Source: a virus
Strand: one strand, 5' to 3'
IMG/VR virus record: IMGVR_UViG_3300045988_021627
Coordinates: 1-33,792 of that record
Length of the DNA: 33,792 nt
Positions 32,434 through 33,792 of this stretch are shown here, in pieces. A program made the position numbers and the translations under genes. The stretch's first letter is position 1. Each line of letters starts with the position of its first letter. Under the pieces are notes generated by a model, which worked only from the letters and a program-made list of their open reading frames with translations, did not search any database and was not told the origin of the DNA.

Positions 32434-32973
32434 ATGAAATTAATGATTAAGAACGTGAGATTGAGTTATGTTAGATTGTTTGAAGCGCAACAAGTCAACG
32501 GACAAGGAGAAGCAAGTTACAGTGTATGTTTATTGATTCCGAAGGATAGCCCGGAAGTTCCAAAGATTAAGGCAGCTATTGAAGCCGAGTTTTCAGCCCT
32601 TAAGGTACGTTATCCGAAGCTGAACGGCAAAGACCCGAAGGTATGGACTAACCCGTTAAGAGATGGGGATGCCGAGAAAGACGGTGCAGAGTATCAAGGT
32701 TGCTACTTTATCAACGCAAAGCGCAAAGAGAAGCAAGGCGCGCCTATCGTAATCGACGGTAGAAAACAGTACATCACAGACCCGAACGAGGTTTATAGCG
32801 GTTCATGGGGCAACGTAGCCGTATCATTCTACCCCTATGAGTTTACCGGGAAATACGGTATCGGCGTAGGCTTGAACGGTGTGCAGAAGGTAAGAGACGA
32901 CGAAAGACTGGACGGCGGTACAAGCATTGACGATTTCGATTTTGAAGACGAGAACGACGATTTATTCAACTAA
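32434..32973 (+). CDS. Phage ssDNA-binding protein (DUF2815 type)
   Basis: I use ATG 32434. The N-terminus MKLMIKNVRLSYVRLFEAQQVNGQGEASYSVCLLIPKD matches the DUF2815 pattern, and the C-terminal tail is acidic (DDFDFEDENDDLF). The track start at 32350 lies inside promoter E7. Confidence 0.75.
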   Translation: MKLMIKNVRLSYVRLFEAQQVNGQGEASYSVCLLIPKDSPEVPKIKAAIEAEFSALKVRYPKLNGKDPKVWTNPLRDGDAEKDGAEYQGCYFINAKRKEKQGAPIVIDGRKQYITDPNEVYSGSWGNVAVSFYPYEFTGKYGIGVGLNGVQKVRDDERLDGGTSIDDFDFEDENDDLFN

Positions 32974-32981
32974 ACAGATTA

Positions 32982-33014
32982 ATAACCGGGCGGTGTAATG
33001 CCGCCCAAAATAAA
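32982..33014. repeat. 33-bp direct repeat, copy 1 (contains a hairpin), on the 5' side of the tRNA
   Basis: ATAACCGGGCGGTGTAATGCCGCCCAAAATAAA is identical to 33090-33122. The internal stem is GGGCGG/CCGCCC with loop TGTAATG. Confidence 0.95.
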
Positions 33015-33090
33015 GTCCCATAGCTCAATTGGTTAGAGCACTACACTGATACTGTAGAGGTCGGCAGTTCAACTCTGCCCGGGACTACCA
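33014..33090 (+). tRNA. tRNA-Ile, anticodon GAU, with an encoded CCA end
   Basis: Manual cloverleaf: acceptor AGTCCCA/CGGGACT (one mismatch at 7-66), U8, D arm GCTC-AATTGGTTA-GAGC, anticodon arm CTACA-CTGATAC-TGTAG, variable loop AGGTC, T arm GGCAG-TTCAACT-CTGCC, discriminator A, then CCA. Confidence 0.85.
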
Positions 33091-33122
33091 TAACCGGGCG
33101 GTGTAATGCCGCCCAAAATAAA
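33090..33122. repeat. 33-bp direct repeat, copy 2, on the 3' side of the tRNA
   Basis: Identical to 32982-33014. It starts at the last A of the tRNA's CCA. Confidence 0.95.
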
Positions 33123-33130
33123 AAGCAAAA

Positions 33131-33792
33131 ATGGGGAAATATGATTCGTACGTAAACGCAGAAGGCGTTAGAATTTCAAAAGCGACGGGCAAACCGTTGA
33201 AGAAGTATAATAAAGTCAACAAGGCATATTGGGCGGCTCGTGAGGGCAAAACGGTAGTAGCAGTACAGCAACCTATCGTTGAGGCTGACCCGTTGATAGA
33301 GGAGCTTAAAAGCTATTACAACGAGGAAGAGCTAAAGGGTATTATCGGTTTGAAGAAGGACGCGCCCCCCGTCGAACTGGTAGACATCACACCGAAGAAA
33401 AAGACATCACTCGATGAGGGTAACACGGGCTTTCTTATTGCATCAGACTGGCATGCTGACGAAGTGGTAAAAGCTTCTACGGTGTTGGGCAAAAACGAGT
33501 ATAACAAGGATATTGCAGAAAAGCGTATCACTAATTTCTTTGCAAATGCCGCGTACATGATAAAGAGAAAGCCCGTAGATAACCTGGTTATCGGTTTGAT
33601 TGGTGACATGATAGGCGGCTACATACACCCCGAACTCGAGCAAACAAATAGCATGTCACCTATGCGAGGTGTTAACTTCGTTAAGAACCTAATTATTTCC
33701 GGGCTTAAGTATTTGCATGACCAGTTACCCGAGGTTAACAAAATTACTGTAATCGGTATATGTGGAAACCATTCAAGAACTACAAAAAAAAT
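33131..33792 (+). CDS. Calcineurin-like metallophosphoesterase, N-terminal part (runs off the window and continues at 1..558)
   Basis: My translation starts MGKYDSYVNAEGVRISKATGKPLKKYNK... and contains ASDWHADE (DxH) and GLIGDMIGG (GD). There is no stop before the window end. A-rich leader. Confidence 0.85.
   Translation, partial: MGKYDSYVNAEGVRISKATGKPLKKYNKVNKAYWAAREGKTVVAVQQPIVEADPLIEELKSYYNEEELKGIIGLKKDAPPVELVDITPKKKTSLDEGNTGFLIASDWHADEVVKASTVLGKNEYNKDIAEKRITNFFANAAYMIKRKPVDNLVIGLIGDMIGGYIHPELEQTNSMSPMRGVNFVKNLIISGLKYLHDQLPEVNKITVIGICGNHSRTTKK
33674..33792. repeat. Terminal overlap copy 2 (identical to 1-119)
   Basis: Read directly from the sequence. Confidence 0.95.

Noticed and set aside
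1-33792. Signs of a temperate lifestyle or mobile elements (integrase, repressor, attP, transposase, diversity-generating retroelement)
   Set aside because: No ORF shows integrase, recombinase, reverse-transcriptase or repressor motifs. The repeats flanking the tRNA are direct repeats around a tRNA gene, with no associated recombinase.

Overview
The window is a complete tailed dsDNA phage genome of about 33.67 kb, shown as a linearised circle. Bases 1-119 repeat exactly at 33674-33792, and a metallophosphoesterase gene reads in frame through that junction. The host is probably a member of the Bacteroidota: there are many TAnnTTTG -7 boxes, the leaders are A-rich with no Shine-Dalgarno sequences, and the signal peptides look Bacteroidota-like. 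I call 47 protein genes and one tRNA (tRNA-Ile, anticodon GAU), all on the + strand. None of the minus-strand ORFs in the track looks real.

Layout:
- 29604 through the junction to 12093: early, replication and recombination genes. These include a DUF2800-type Cas4-like nuclease, a DUF2815-type ssDNA-binding protein, the metallophosphoesterase, a family A DNA polymerase, an AEP-primase/VirE helicase, a VRR-NUC nuclease, a Dam-class N6-adenine methyltransferase, an SNF2 helicase and many small unknown ORFs.
- 12094-12996: a 0.9-kb non-coding hub.
- 12997-27461: packaging and morphogenesis genes (terS, terL, tape-measure-like protein, prohead protease/scaffold, major capsid, three tandem paralogs, portal).
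- 27458-29007: lysis cassette (holin-like protein, GH108 endolysin, spanin-like protein).
- 29008-29603: a second non-coding hub.

I see no integrase, repressor, transposase or CRISPR array.

The signals most worth a second look are not genes:
1. An uninterrupted array of 17.5 copies of a 17-bp unit sits between a promoter and terS.
2. Two homologous elements of about 220 bp, rich in the palindromic motif CTGCACAG/CTGTGCAG, each sit just after a module-ending terminator.
3. GATC is almost absent (I found 2 sites), even though the phage encodes a Dam-class methyltransferase.
4. Seven early promoters share a strictly phased GTTAAC / AAC[CG]TA / TAnnTTTG layout.
5. The tRNA is bracketed by perfect 33-bp hairpin-containing direct repeats.
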